64,000 bases of DNA. It comes from an uncultured Methanolobus sp. Its GTDB lineage: Archaea > Halobacteriota > Methanosarcinia > Methanosarcinales > Methanosarcinaceae. The notes beneath the pieces are model-generated. The model searched no databases. It was not told the DNA's origin and saw nothing but the letters and a program-made list of their open reading frames with translations. The first letter of the stretch is position 1. Every line of letters starts with the position of its first letter. Shown here piece after piece: positions 49,850 through 60,483 of the stretch. A program made the translations under genes and the position numbers. The stretch covers positions 1,120,001-1,184,000 of the forward strand of contig OY776215.1 in NCBI GenBank assembly GCA_963675495.1, given 5' to 3'.

Positions 49850-51202
49850 ATGGTTCTGGAAATTGAAGAAAAGGTCATTGAGGCAAAGAAGGCATCCATT
49901 ATCCTTGCAAGTGTCAACACGGATACAAAGAATGCTGCTCTTGAAGCAATGGCACAGGCGCTTGACGATAATCGCGATAAGATACTTGAAGCAAACCGGA
50001 AGGATGTTGAGACTGCAGAGAAGCTTAAGAGGAAGGGAGAACTTACCCAGGCTCTTGTGGACAGGCTCAAGGTAAGCGACAGCAAGATCAGCGGAATGAT
50101 AGACGGCATTCATGATGTTATCAATCTTGATGACCCTGTGGGTGAGACCATTGATGCACTTGAACTTGATAAGGGACTCGAACTCTATAAAGTCAGTTCC
50201 CCTATCGGACTTATCGGAGTAATATTCGAAGCACGTCCTGATGTAGTACCACAGGTCATGGCGCTATGCCTTAAAAGCGGCAATGCCACCATATTCAAAG
50301 GTGGAAGCGAGGCACTCAATTCCAATCGTGTTATCTTCGACCTCTTAAACGAAGCAGCAGAATCCGTAAAAGGAATGACAACAGGCGCATTCCAGCTAAT
50401 GGAAACAAGGGAAGAGGTCAACGACATCCTCAGTATGGATGCATACATAGACCTTCTAATTCCAAGAGGTTCCAATGCATTTGTGAAATACATGCAGGAT
50501 AACACAAAGATACCAGTTCTCGGACATGCAGACGGTATCTGTCACGTATACGTCGATGATGAGGCAGACCTTGGAAAAGCATACAACGTCTGTTTTGATT
50601 CCAAAGTCCAGTACCCTGCTGTCTGTAATGCGATGGAAACGCTGCTCATCAATGAGAATATAGCCGAAAAGTTCCTTCCGAAAATGGCACGGATGTACGA
50701 CGAAGCAGGCGTAGAGATGCGCTGTGATGATGGATCATTCAAGATACTCGAGCAGATAGACTTCCTTAAAAGCATAGTGAGAGCCACTGAAGACGACTGG
50801 AGAACAGAGTACAACGATCTTACACTCTCCATAAAGATAGTCACCTCAATGGAAGACGCCATCGAGCACATCAACCATTATGGATCCCATCACACTGATG
50901 CGATCATAACATGCAACAATCTCAAAAAGAAGAGCTTCACCGACCTGGTCGATTCATCGAGTGTCATGCTAAATGCATCCACAAGATTTGCAGACGGCTT
51001 CAGATATGGAAAAGGTGCAGAAGTAGGCATCAGTACCAACAAGATACACGCACGTGGTCCGGTGGGAATGGAAGGACTGCTCATCTACAAGTACATACTT
51101 GTAGGCAATGGAGATATGGTCGCAGATTATGCAGGGCCTGAAGCGAAGAAATTCACACACCGCAGGCTCAACAAGACAGCATCAAATGCCATTTCCAGGT
51201 AA
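49850..51202 (+). CDS. proA: Gamma-glutamyl phosphate reductase
   Basis: PIGLIGVIFEARP, KSGNA.IFKGG.EA, IPRGS, CNAMETLL, SHHTDAI, NASTRFADG, KIHARGPVG. Confidence 0.96.
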   Translation: MVLEIEEKVIEAKKASIILASVNTDTKNAALEAMAQALDDNRDKILEANRKDVETAEKLKRKGELTQALVDRLKVSDSKISGMIDGIHDVINLDDPVGETIDALELDKGLELYKVSSPIGLIGVIFEARPDVVPQVMALCLKSGNATIFKGGSEALNSNRVIFDLLNEAAESVKGMTTGAFQLMETREEVNDILSMDAYIDLLIPRGSNAFVKYMQDNTKIPVLGHADGICHVYVDDEADLGKAYNVCFDSKVQYPAVCNAMETLLINENIAEKFLPKMARMYDEAGVEMRCDDGSFKILEQIDFLKSIVRATEDDWRTEYNDLTLSIKIVTSMEDAIEHINHYGSHHTDAIITCNNLKKKSFTDLVDSSSVMLNASTRFADGFRYGKGAEVGISTNKIHARGPVGMEGLLIYKYILVGNGDMVADYAGPEAKKFTHRRLNKTASNAISR

Positions 51203-51263
51203 TAAGAAACAGAATAAACGTACAGATATCAATAAAGCAGGAAGGAAAACAGGAGCAACACTT

Positions 51264-52388
51264 TTGATCGACAGGAAAGAGCTCTTCAATGATGTGAACA
51301 AGATCGTCATTAAAGTAGGCACATCATCCATCAATACCGAAAACGGCAAGCTTAACCGTCAATTTATGGAGAGCATGGCGCAACAGATAGCTGAACTGCA
51401 CGAAATGGGGAAAAAGGTCATCCTGGTAAGTTCAGGTGCAATCGGTATTGGGATAGATATACTGGATTTTGACAGCAGGCCAAAGGAAATACCGGTCAGG
51501 CAGGCATGTGCTGCTGTAGGTCAGGGTTTACTAATGCAGGAATGGGGAAATTCCTTCGCAAAACACAACCTCAAAGTAGCACAAATTCTCCTTACCTACG
51601 AATCATTCTCCAACAGGCTGACATATCTTAACCTCAGGAACAGCATATCCACCCTGCTTAGCTATGGTGTCATACCGATCATCAATGAAAATGACAGCAC
51701 ATGTGTTAACGAGATCGAAGCAACATTCGGTGACAATGACAAACTTTCTGCGATGGTTGCCAGCAAGATGGAAGCCGACCTCCTTATAATCCTCTCCGAC
51801 ATAGACGGCCTCTATAATAAAAATCCCAAACGCAACAACGATGCGAAACTCCTGAGTCTTGTAGAAGCTATCACGCCTGAAATAGAAAGCTATGGAGGTA
51901 ATCCCACAAGCATGAAAGGTGTTGGCGGAATGAGAACCAAGATCGAAGCCGCAAAGATATGCCACATGTCAGGATGTTATATGATAATCGCCAATAGCGG
52001 TGTTGATAGTATTATCACAAAAGTACTTGATGGAGGAGACATTGGAACACTGTTCCTCGCAAACCAGGAAGTTCAAAAGAACCGGATACGCTGGATACTA
52101 CTCTCAAAAGCATGTGGTTCCATTGAAGTGGATGCCGGTGCTAAGGACGCCGTACTAAACAGCATGAGCCTGCTACCTTCAGGAGTTATTAGTATACATA
52201 ATGACTTTGACAGAGGAGAGATAGTTGAGATCGTCTGTGAAGGAAAGGTATTTGCAAAAGGCATCACAGACTACACATCCGATGAATTGGAACAGGTCAA
52301 AGGCAAGCACACAGATATGCTAGCTGATATCCTTGGTTACAAAAACTACAACCACGTCATAAAGAAAGAGAATATAGGGATTTGCTGA
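51264..52388 (+). CDS. proB: Glutamate 5-kinase (with PUA domain); start TTG at 51264
   Basis: IVIKVGTS, VSSGAI, AAVGQ, PIINEND, FGDNDKL, GGMRTK. Confidence 0.95.
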   Translation: MIDRKELFNDVNKIVIKVGTSSINTENGKLNRQFMESMAQQIAELHEMGKKVILVSSGAIGIGIDILDFDSRPKEIPVRQACAAVGQGLLMQEWGNSFAKHNLKVAQILLTYESFSNRLTYLNLRNSISTLLSYGVIPIINENDSTCVNEIEATFGDNDKLSAMVASKMEADLLIILSDIDGLYNKNPKRNNDAKLLSLVEAITPEIESYGGNPTSMKGVGGMRTKIEAAKICHMSGCYMIIANSGVDSIITKVLDGGDIGTLFLANQEVQKNRIRWILLSKACGSIEVDAGAKDAVLNSMSLLPSGVISIHNDFDRGEIVEIVCEGKVFAKGITDYTSDELEQVKGKHTDMLADILGYKNYNHVIKKENIGIC

Positions 52389-52480
52389 ATCTATTTACTA
52401 GTTCTGCTCATTTTTTCATCAATATGCATTAATCTTTAATAATTAATTCACTACATACATATTTCAAATTGAGATCTAAA

Positions 52481-53827
52481 ATGATTTTGGAAAAACAGGT
52501 ACTTGACAGGATAAAACCCAGTCCTGAAGAAAAAGAGAAGTTACAGGAAGTAGCTTCCGAACTGCTATCAAATGTAAGTACTGTTGCAAAACATCTGGGA
52601 ATAAAGAATATCACTCCTAAACTTGTTGGCTCTGCTGCCAGAAACACCTGGATATCTGGCACACATGATCTTGATATTTTTATCGCATTCCCGGAAAGTA
52701 CCAGTCGGGAAGAGCTGGAAACTAACGGACTCCTCATTGCCAGGGAAGTCGCAAAAGATGGAAAGAACATTGAGGAACGCTATGCAGAACATCCTTACCT
52801 CAACATGAATTACAGAGGTTTCGATGTTGACCTGGTACCCTGTTTTGCCGTTGATTCCGCCTCCAAAATCAAGTCTGCTGTTGACAGAACACCTTTTCAT
52901 AATGAGTTCATCAAGATGAGCATCCCCGGTCGCGAAGACGATGTACTGGTAATGAAGCAGTTTATGAAAGGAACCGGAACCTATGGTTCCGAACTTCGGA
53001 CACAGGGATTCTCAGGTTATCTCACGGAGCTCCTGATAGTACACTACGGTTCATTCCGCAACGTAATACGAAACGCATGTAACTGGAAACCGGGACTCAC
53101 CATCGACATGCTGGAACATGGAACAGTCAAACACGCAGACCCTCTTGTTGTCATAGACCCCACCGACCCGAAAAGAAATGTGGCTGCTGCACTTTCACTT
53201 AATCAGTTTGCACAGTTCATAGAAGTCTGCAGGCTATACGCAGAAGGACCTTCGGAAGATTTCTTCTTCCCGAAAGAAAAAATCCCCATGAAGGAAAACG
53301 AGATCATCGATATGATGAACTCAAGGGGAAGCTCCTTTATTGCTATTGTCTTCAAAGCTCCAGACCTTGTTGATGACATACTGTACCCTCAACTGGGTAA
53401 AATGGAGCACTCTGTCCGCGCATTGCTCGAAGAATATGATTTTCAGGTATTGAATTCGGGCTACTGGGCAAAAGAGGACGCAATTATCCTTTTGGAACTT
53501 ATCTCATCTGAACTTCCCAATGTTAAAAAACATAGGGGACCACCTGTATGGGTAAATGAACATGCACGAGGATTCAAGGAAAAATATCAGGATTCGGATG
53601 AACTATTCGCACTTTACATAGAGGATGGATTCTACGTTGCCGATATCAGACGAAAGTTCTCAACTGCAAAGCATCTCTTCGCTGAGAGAATGAAAAACTG
53701 TTCACTTGGGAAACACATTGGAGAAGCAGTGACTGAAGGGTTCACAATTATTGAAGGCAGCGAGATAGCAAAAATAAAAGAATCTGAATTCCGTATATTC
53801 CTGAGAAAATGGGAACAGAAAAAGTAA
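52481..53827 (+). CDS. cca: Class I CCA-adding enzyme
   Basis: VGSAARNTW...DLDIF, YAEHPY, SAVDRTPFH, GFSGYLTELL, DPTDPKRNVAAA. Confidence 0.96.
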   Translation: MILEKQVLDRIKPSPEEKEKLQEVASELLSNVSTVAKHLGIKNITPKLVGSAARNTWISGTHDLDIFIAFPESTSREELETNGLLIAREVAKDGKNIEERYAEHPYLNMNYRGFDVDLVPCFAVDSASKIKSAVDRTPFHNEFIKMSIPGREDDVLVMKQFMKGTGTYGSELRTQGFSGYLTELLIVHYGSFRNVIRNACNWKPGLTIDMLEHGTVKHADPLVVIDPTDPKRNVAAALSLNQFAQFIEVCRLYAEGPSEDFFFPKEKIPMKENEIIDMMNSRGSSFIAIVFKAPDLVDDILYPQLGKMEHSVRALLEEYDFQVLNSGYWAKEDAIILLELISSELPNVKKHRGPPVWVNEHARGFKEKYQDSDELFALYIEDGFYVADIRRKFSTAKHLFAERMKNCSLGKHIGEAVTEGFTIIEGSEIAKIKESEFRIFLRKWEQKK

Positions 53828-53854
53828 TTGTATTTACCTGGTTTTTCTTTACGC

Positions 53855-54691
53855 TCAGAGCCCTTCAAGCCTTTTCTGATAGAAGAAATACTGCTGTGCA
53901 TAGCCACAGTATTGTCCAAAATACATACGACCCCAGTTGCCAATCTTACTTTTCGTAGGGTTTCCGTTGAAGAAATCATGATGACCGTAGATAACCTTCA
54001 CTACTTTTTCAACATGGGTGTCTACCGGAAAAGCCTCCATTTTATCAAACGCAAAAAGTAGGATGCAGTCGGCCACTTTCTCCCCTATTCCTTCCAAGAA
54101 CATCAGTCTCTGTTTTGCTTCGTTGTAATCCACCTCAAAAATATCCCCCAGAACCAGATTCCCATCCTCTACATGTTTTGCAGCCTTGATCAGACGTCCT
54201 GACCTGAAACCAAGCTTGCAGCTACGAAGGTCACCATCACATGCATGAACAAGAGAATGTGGCTTCGGAAAACTGTAATAGCCCTCCTCGATCCCTTCCC
54301 CGTAATTATTGCACATCATGGAAATTCCCCTCTTAATGTTAGGAATACTCCAGGCGGTTGCAAGCATATAAGATATGAGACATTCCCATGGATCCTGCCT
54401 GATAAGACGAAGTCCCCTGTATTTTCTTATGGCCTCATCCATGAACTCATCCTTATTGACCTCTTGCAGGATGGCATCGAGGTCATCGTCAAAACGGAAA
54501 TAATTCTCAAAGTAACTTTTTGGCACCTTTGAATCCACCAGAACCTCGCCGCTTTTACTGTCCTGCTGCAAGCGTGCAAGATGACCATTTACAACCCCGG
54601 TCCACCAGCCATCGATAAAGTCCCACCGGAATACCTGACCACAATCAAGAGTGTAGTTCAGGTTGAAGTTCTCAGAGAAAAGAGTATACAT
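53855..54691 (-). CDS. ogg: 8-oxoguanine DNA glycosylase (Ogg1-like, HhH-GPD)
   Basis: TLDCGQVFRW, LRLIRQDPWECLIS, GIGEKVADCILLF, FPVDTH. Confidence 0.9.
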   Translation of the reverse strand: MYTLFSENFNLNYTLDCGQVFRWDFIDGWWTGVVNGHLARLQQDSKSGEVLVDSKVPKSYFENYFRFDDDLDAILQEVNKDEFMDEAIRKYRGLRLIRQDPWECLISYMLATAWSIPNIKRGISMMCNNYGEGIEEGYYSFPKPHSLVHACDGDLRSCKLGFRSGRLIKAAKHVEDGNLVLGDIFEVDYNEAKQRLMFLEGIGEKVADCILLFAFDKMEAFPVDTHVEKVVKVIYGHHDFFNGNPTKSKIGNWGRMYFGQYCGYAQQYFFYQKRLEGL

Positions 54692-54692
54692 A

Positions 54693-56087
54693 TCAGGAAT
54701 TGAGTTCCAGCTCCCTTAAAAAAATGGCGGCTGAGATAGTATCCCCAAGTCCCACGGTTGACACTGGCTCATCACAAATACGGGTTGGGACTATGGCCAC
54801 CAGATGAGACATGTGTATTCCACATGTATTGCTGCACTTCCACTCTTCTTCCATGTGTTTTGCAAGTTTGGAAGATGCTGCTTTTCCAAATTCACTTTCC
54901 GGTATCTCAGATGCTATCCTGAGTAGTTCCTCCCTATGGACAAGCTTCCCGGAACATGCAAAAGCAGCAGCACATCCGGCTCCAAAATCCATTGCCTTGA
55001 TTGTATTTTCAGGGTTGTCGTCTGTCCTGCACGATACTGAGAGTACGAACTCTCTTGTGTGAACAAGCATCCTGCAAAGTCCGAAATCACTGCAAAGTTT
55101 TATTGATGATTCCGCAATTGCCACCGAATCCATTGCAAGTATCGGTTTTGGGTCCATTCCATTGATACTGGCAAGCATGGCAAGTTCATCTTCATTCATT
55201 CCTATGCGGTCAACTATGGGAGATAGAACGGAGAAAGCGTAAGATGCTATTTTTTCGGACGAGAAATGACCGAATTCTACATGGATATGCAGATCTTTTC
55301 TAGCTTCTTTCCAGCTTTGAAGTTGCTTTAGGGAGATATCCAGTTTTGACCTGTAATCGTTCTTTGCAGAGCCATCTTCCTCTTCCTGTAACATGTGAAA
55401 ACCGGAAATAATAGCTCCATCCATCTCTTCTGCATGTTCAAGAGAGTAATCCCTGAAATGTTCATCAAGATGAAGCTGGAAGTTTAAGGGATCGTAGGTT
55501 GCTATGAACCGGTTTTCCCTTGGAACTGAAATTTGCTCATCTGAAAACGTAACAATATCTCCTTTTTTGAAGTCAAGTACAAAGTGAATGAGTTCAGGCC
55601 TGTTATTCTCAACTGGCAGGATATTTCCTATTTCCCTGCTACTGTATAGCTTTCCATCATATGGAAGGAAGATGCCCTTCTGAGAAAAAAAGGATGCCTG
55701 CAACTTTGAGAGACTGGCAACATTCGGCACCACTTTTGAAGCACCAAGTTCTGAGAGAACATTGGACATTATACCCATATTGCCGCCCATCCTCATTAAG
55801 GAACCATCGAGAAAAGTATTTTTGAGCCATTCAAAAACATCCTTGTCGTGAATAAGCCATTCGGCACCTGTACCATCACGCATACACAGGAGCAGGCCTG
55901 CAAAGAAGTCAGACTTTGATGATATGGAACCAGGAGGATTTGCTAATTTATCCTGAAAATCATCCTGAAAATCATCCTGAAACTTGTCCTGAAATTCTGC
56001 ATTCCTTTCAAGCATTCGGGAAAGTTCCTGACCATCAATGTGACTGATGGAATCTATATTTGCATTGTAGGCGCAGAGAATATTCAT
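54693..56087 (-). CDS. pfkC: ADP-dependent phosphofructokinase/glucokinase paralogue 2
   Basis: AYNANID, RMGGNMGI, PRENRFI, GMNEDEL, STVGLGDTISA. Confidence 0.9.
   Translation of the reverse strand: MNILCAYNANIDSISHIDGQELSRMLERNAEFQDKFQDDFQDDFQDKLANPPGSISSKSDFFAGLLLCMRDGTGAEWLIHDKDVFEWLKNTFLDGSLMRMGGNMGIMSNVLSELGASKVVPNVASLSKLQASFFSQKGIFLPYDGKLYSSREIGNILPVENNRPELIHFVLDFKKGDIVTFSDEQISVPRENRFIATYDPLNFQLHLDEHFRDYSLEHAEEMDGAIISGFHMLQEEEDGSAKNDYRSKLDISLKQLQSWKEARKDLHIHVEFGHFSSEKIASYAFSVLSPIVDRIGMNEDELAMLASINGMDPKPILAMDSVAIAESSIKLCSDFGLCRMLVHTREFVLSVSCRTDDNPENTIKAMDFGAGCAAAFACSGKLVHREELLRIASEIPESEFGKAASSKLAKHMEEEWKCSNTCGIHMSHLVAIVPTRICDEPVSTVGLGDTISAAIFLRELELNS
55948..55995 (-). repeat. 12-bp coding tandem repeat (FQDx)x4
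   Basis: TCCTGAAA at 55951, 55963, 55975, 55987; encodes FQDKFQDDFQDDFQDK. Confidence 0.85.
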
Positions 56088-56090
56088 CGT

Positions 56091-57578
56091 CTACTCCTTT
56101 ATCTGGCATTTATTGATCTTAGACATTTTTGCAAGCATGGCAATAAAAGCACCTGCTGATATAGCATCACCTATACCCACTGTTGCAACAGGGTCCTTAA
56201 CAACTTTGGATGGGACAATAATAAGACCATGACTACTACTGCTTATACAACCATCCTCGAAGTCTTTAGCAGTACAGATGCCCCTTCTCACAAGATATTT
56301 TTCAAGTTCTATAAGGTCATCATATCCATCAGCATAGACGGGTACTTCCAGACCAACGGAAATATCATCAATACTTTTAATGGAGCCCAGGCTTGCCTGT
56401 GTTGCTGCAACTGTTGAAGCGAAAAGCAAGGCCTGCCTGTGAGAATCAGCATCCAGAGGATGGTCCTTTGCTACCACACAGATATAATATCCCAGTGAGT
56501 GAATATGCACCCTCTGCAACTCAAGTTCCTTGAGAAGCCTTACTGCACCTTCGTAAAGGGAAACAATACTGTTCTCACCTTTATTGATCACAGAATATGC
56601 CAGTTCCTCATATCCAAGTACGTTAAGTGCATTTGCAACTTCCACAGTATCAAGACCAAGTGAAGTTACATGCTTTTTCACGATGTCAGTAAGCAGGGCT
56701 TTACGGATGACCTTGTTCTGTATGGATGTGAATTCCACATGTATGCGCATCTGGGAATTGCATCCTTTAAGGCGCTCTATGACACTGACAGCTCTCTGAA
56801 CATAATCAAGATATGTTGTACCATCCTCATATTCCTCCTTGATCATCTGGTAACCGGCAAGTATTGCACCGTCTATGTCTTCCCTGATGTCTGAAAGTTG
56901 ATCGTACATCTCAGGACTCATGTCTATACGTATCCATTTAGGCCGGGATGATATTATCAACCGATTGTCCCTTGGAACGACATAGTTTTCACCTGCACAA
57001 CTGAACTTCATGCCTTTGGAGAATTCAAGTATCCAGTTGATCTTGGGTTTTTGCTCAGGGTCATATGCTTCTTTTGGATGTTTCAGAACTAGTTTCCCGT
57101 TCTCCATAACAGGATGCCACAGGTTAGGAGAATCCACAAAGTACTCAGCCTGCTCCCTTGCAAGCCATGGCACATAGCTGATGACATTCTTCACGCCAAG
57201 TGTTACCAGAAGATTGGATATGATACCAGCCTGTCCGCCCATGCGTGCAGAATCAAAAACAAGATTGTCCATCAACCATTCATGAATATCAGTAGTATAA
57301 GTAGGAACTTCAGCCGCCTTCCCATCCCGCATGGATATGATAAGGCGGGCCATAAAATCCACAGGATCTTTTATCTCACGAGGATATTCCACTATCCTTT
57401 CATGTATCTTTTCGCATCCCACTATTCCAATAAGCTTTTTTATGTCAGCTTCCCTGATATGTTTCATGGCATCAACATTACTGTTATAAGCCACGAATAC
57501 GCCCTGCACATTTCCAAGCTGCCCTTTTACATTAGAGACTGCTTCTAAATACCGTTTCTCCCAATCGGCAATGTCCAT
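56091..57578 (-). CDS. pfkC: ADP-dependent phosphofructokinase/glucokinase paralogue 1
   Basis: AYNSNVDA, RMGGQAGI, PRDNRLI, ATVGIGDAISA; start MDIAD after GGTGA. Confidence 0.92.
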   Translation of the reverse strand: MDIADWEKRYLEAVSNVKGQLGNVQGVFVAYNSNVDAMKHIREADIKKLIGIVGCEKIHERIVEYPREIKDPVDFMARLIISMRDGKAAEVPTYTTDIHEWLMDNLVFDSARMGGQAGIISNLLVTLGVKNVISYVPWLAREQAEYFVDSPNLWHPVMENGKLVLKHPKEAYDPEQKPKINWILEFSKGMKFSCAGENYVVPRDNRLIISSRPKWIRIDMSPEMYDQLSDIREDIDGAILAGYQMIKEEYEDGTTYLDYVQRAVSVIERLKGCNSQMRIHVEFTSIQNKVIRKALLTDIVKKHVTSLGLDTVEVANALNVLGYEELAYSVINKGENSIVSLYEGAVRLLKELELQRVHIHSLGYYICVVAKDHPLDADSHRQALLFASTVAATQASLGSIKSIDDISVGLEVPVYADGYDDLIELEKYLVRRGICTAKDFEDGCISSSSHGLIIVPSKVVKDPVATVGIGDAISAGAFIAMLAKMSKINKCQIKE

Positions 57579-57749
57579 TATCTCACCCAATGAATACAAA
57601 TTATGTTTAGAGAGTATTTATATGTGATTGGTGAGGCGGCAATAACTTATTGGTACCCAATTTGTTATGATACGCAGATAAAACCACATTGTATAGAAAA
57701 AGTAGAATCAAAAAAATAGGGATGACTAAAGAATTAATCATACCAAAAA

Positions 57750-58934
57750 TCAAGTCGTATACTCAGCATTGATCCTGACATAATCATACGTCAGGTCACA
57801 ACCCCACGCAGTGGCAGTCTTATCACCCATGCCAAGGTCGGTTATAATGAATATCTCATCCTTGTCCATGATGGACTTTAGCTGGGAGAGGGTTTCCTCA
57901 TCATTCCTGACTATCTTACCGTCTTTAACCAGTTCAACGACTTCGGTTCCGGCTGAGAATGAAAGGGAAATCTTTGTCTGGTCCATATCTGCACCTGAAT
58001 AGCCGGCTGCTACTACAACACGTCCCCAATTTGGGTCCTGACCGAAGATGGCGGACTTGACCAGAGGGGAGCGGACTATGGACTTGGCTACAAGACGGGC
58101 ATCCTTTTCTGTGGCTGCACCAGTGACCTTGGATTCTATGAGTTTTGTGGCACCTTCGCCGTCGATAGCTATTATTTTAGCAAGCTCGGTCAGTACAAGA
58201 TCAAGACCTGCCTGGAAATCAGAGGTTTCCGGAGCGATACCGGACTGGCCTGTGGCTGTTACAAGTACCATATCATTGGTACTCGTGTCACCATCCACAA
58301 CTACCATATTGAAACTCTTGTCAACAGAACTTGTTAGGCATGAATGTAAATCTTCTGAAGAAATGTCTGCATCGGTGTACACAAAAGCAAGCATGGTACC
58401 CATATTAGGTTCTATCATACCTGAGCCCTTGGCGATTCCTGCTATGCGGATGCCTGAATCCATCTCAATGGCAACTTCCTTTGGGACAGTGTCAGTTGTC
58501 ATGATAGCACGTGCCGCACTCATACTTGCATCTCCATCCTCGCCCATGGAATCGAGTGTTTTATCCAGATGAGTGGTTATCCAGCCGGTGTCAAGCTTGT
58601 GTCCCACGACACCTGTGGAAGCTACAGCTACCAGTTCCTCATCAACTCCAAGTTTGGATGCAAGCGAGGACGCCATGATCCTTGCATCAGCAAGACCCTG
58701 TACACCTGTGAAAGCGTTTGCATTACCACTGTTTGCTATTACCGCAGAGAGCTTTCCGGTTTTAGAGAGGTTCTCCCTTGTAAGCACCAGCGGAGCTGCA
58801 ATGACCTTGTTCCTTGTGTAGACTCCGGCAGCGTTTCCTTCTGCCTGTATGATTGCCAGTCCCATCTTTCCGGGCTTGATGCCACCGGCGCGCACGCCCT
58901 TTACTGCACAAATACCGCCTTCAATGAATTTCAT
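57750..58934 (-). CDS. argJ: Ornithine acetyltransferase / N-acetylglutamate synthase
   Basis: NSGNANA, ASTGV, AIMTTD, KGSGMI.PNM.TML, DTSTND, DGEGATK, DPNWGR, INAEYTT. Confidence 0.96.
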   Translation of the reverse strand: MKFIEGGICAVKGVRAGGIKPGKMGLAIIQAEGNAAGVYTRNKVIAAPLVLTRENLSKTGKLSAVIANSGNANAFTGVQGLADARIMASSLASKLGVDEELVAVASTGVVGHKLDTGWITTHLDKTLDSMGEDGDASMSAARAIMTTDTVPKEVAIEMDSGIRIAGIAKGSGMIEPNMGTMLAFVYTDADISSEDLHSCLTSSVDKSFNMVVVDGDTSTNDMVLVTATGQSGIAPETSDFQAGLDLVLTELAKIIAIDGEGATKLIESKVTGAATEKDARLVAKSIVRSPLVKSAIFGQDPNWGRVVVAAGYSGADMDQTKISLSFSAGTEVVELVKDGKIVRNDEETLSQLKSIMDKDEIFIITDLGMGDKTATAWGCDLTYDYVRINAEYTT

Positions 58935-58960
58935 AATATTCCTTCTTACAATATCCCATA

Positions 58961-59428
58961 TTACAATTGTCCAAGACCGTCAATGATGTCGCCACGTGTG
59001 ACGATACCTACAAGCTGTTCATCCTCATCCACAACTGGAAGACGGTTTATCTTGTGTTTGGTAATGATAGTGGAGGCTTCCTGTATCGAATCTTCCGGAC
59101 TGACCGTGTAGACGTGTTTTGTCATGATATCTTCAATTGGCTTTGAACCTACATCATCGAGCATGTTCTTGGTTTCTTCCCAATTTAGCAGCTCGCGGAT
59201 AGGAACCTCAATAACCTCGAAAGGACTTGGCAACCAGAGTCCCCCATGTTCCGGGACTTCCAGCAGTTTCAGTATATCGCCTTCTGAAACGATACCTACT
59301 ACCTTGCCCTCATCCGCTACCGGCAGACCACTGATGCTTTCCTGCTTCAGGAGTTGCGCCACATCTCTTATCGCATCATCTGGAGCACAGGTAACAACGT
59401 CCGGGTTCATTACATCTTTTACTTTCAT
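58961..59428 (-). CDS. CBS domain-containing protein
   Basis: Two CBS repeats (ISGLPV...GIVSEGD; INRLPVVD...GIVTRGD). Confidence 0.92.
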   Translation of the reverse strand: MKVKDVMNPDVVTCAPDDAIRDVAQLLKQESISGLPVADEGKVVGIVSEGDILKLLEVPEHGGLWLPSPFEVIEVPIRELLNWEETKNMLDDVGSKPIEDIMTKHVYTVSPEDSIQEASTIITKHKINRLPVVDEDEQLVGIVTRGDIIDGLGQL

Positions 59429-59469
59429 GATTATACCTTACTTTACTATAATATTTCAGGATTTGCACC

Positions 59470-60483
59470 TTAAGGGAAGGTTGCAGCATTCCAGAGTCCG
59501 GCGGTCTCGTCAAAACCACACATGAGGTTCATGTTCTGTATAGCCTGTCCCGATGCACCTTTCACAAGATTGTCAATAGCTGAGACAACAACTACACGGT
59601 TGTTATTTTCATCAACTTCAAATCCGATATCACAGAAATTGGAGCCGCGAACCGCACCAAGAGTTGGGATTCCCTTGATGACACGCACAAATGGTTTGTC
59701 AGCATACATACCCTCGTACAGCGACCTCACATCATCCAGCGTGAGTTTTTCCTTTGTGAAAATATGGGCTGTGGTGAGGATTCCCCTGCATGATGGAACC
59801 ACATGAGGTGTGAAACTGATGTTCGTCAGGGAATTGTCCAGACGATTGAGCTCCTGCACGAATTCAGAAACATGCCTGTGGGTTGTCAGCTTGTACGCCT
59901 GCACATTCTCAGCCATGTTCGGATAGTGTGATGTCTGCGAAGGCTCAATTCCAGCACCTGTGATGCCTGACTTTGAGTCGAACACAACGGAACTGACAAG
60001 TCCTGCCTTTGCCAGCGGAGCAGCACCCAGTATCGCACCTGTAGGGAAACATCCCGGGTTTGCGATGAATGTCTGTTCAGCAACCTCTGGATGGAGCTCC
60101 GGCAGACCGAACACAGCTTCCATGGGACTCTTATGCTCAAGATTATAGACGGATTCGAACACATCTGTCTTGAGCCTGTAGTCCGCACTCAGATCTATGA
60201 CCTTTGTCTTCCCATCAATAAGCTTAGGCACTATATTCATTGCAGTACCATGTGGCACAGCCACAAAAACCACATCACACTGCGATCTTACCTCTTCAGG
60301 ACTGAGGTTCTGGAACTTAAGGTCCAGAAATCCCCTCAGATGTGGGTGCGTTTCACTAACATCCGTTCCTGCAAGTTTCCTTGAAGTAGCTACCGTAATA
60401 TTGACCTCGGGATGGTTCAGGAGCAAGCGCATAAGCTCCCCGCCAGTGTATCCCGATGCACCGATTATTCCTGCATTTATCAT
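59470..60483 (-). CDS. argC: N-acetyl-gamma-glutamyl-phosphate reductase
   Basis: GASGYTGGEL, DLSADYR, IANPGCFPT, SGITGAG, IDNLVKGASGQAIQN. Confidence 0.96.
   Translation of the reverse strand: MINAGIIGASGYTGGELMRLLLNHPEVNITVATSRKLAGTDVSETHPHLRGFLDLKFQNLSPEEVRSQCDVVFVAVPHGTAMNIVPKLIDGKTKVIDLSADYRLKTDVFESVYNLEHKSPMEAVFGLPELHPEVAEQTFIANPGCFPTGAILGAAPLAKAGLVSSVVFDSKSGITGAGIEPSQTSHYPNMAENVQAYKLTTHRHVSEFVQELNRLDNSLTNISFTPHVVPSCRGILTTAHIFTKEKLTLDDVRSLYEGMYADKPFVRVIKGIPTLGAVRGSNFCDIGFEVDENNNRVVVVSAIDNLVKGASGQAIQNMNLMCGFDETAGLWNAATFP

Noticed and set aside
51108-51263. N-terminal extension of ProB given by the ORF track
   Set aside because: Overlaps proA; homology starts at the TTG at 51264, which follows an AGGAG RBS.
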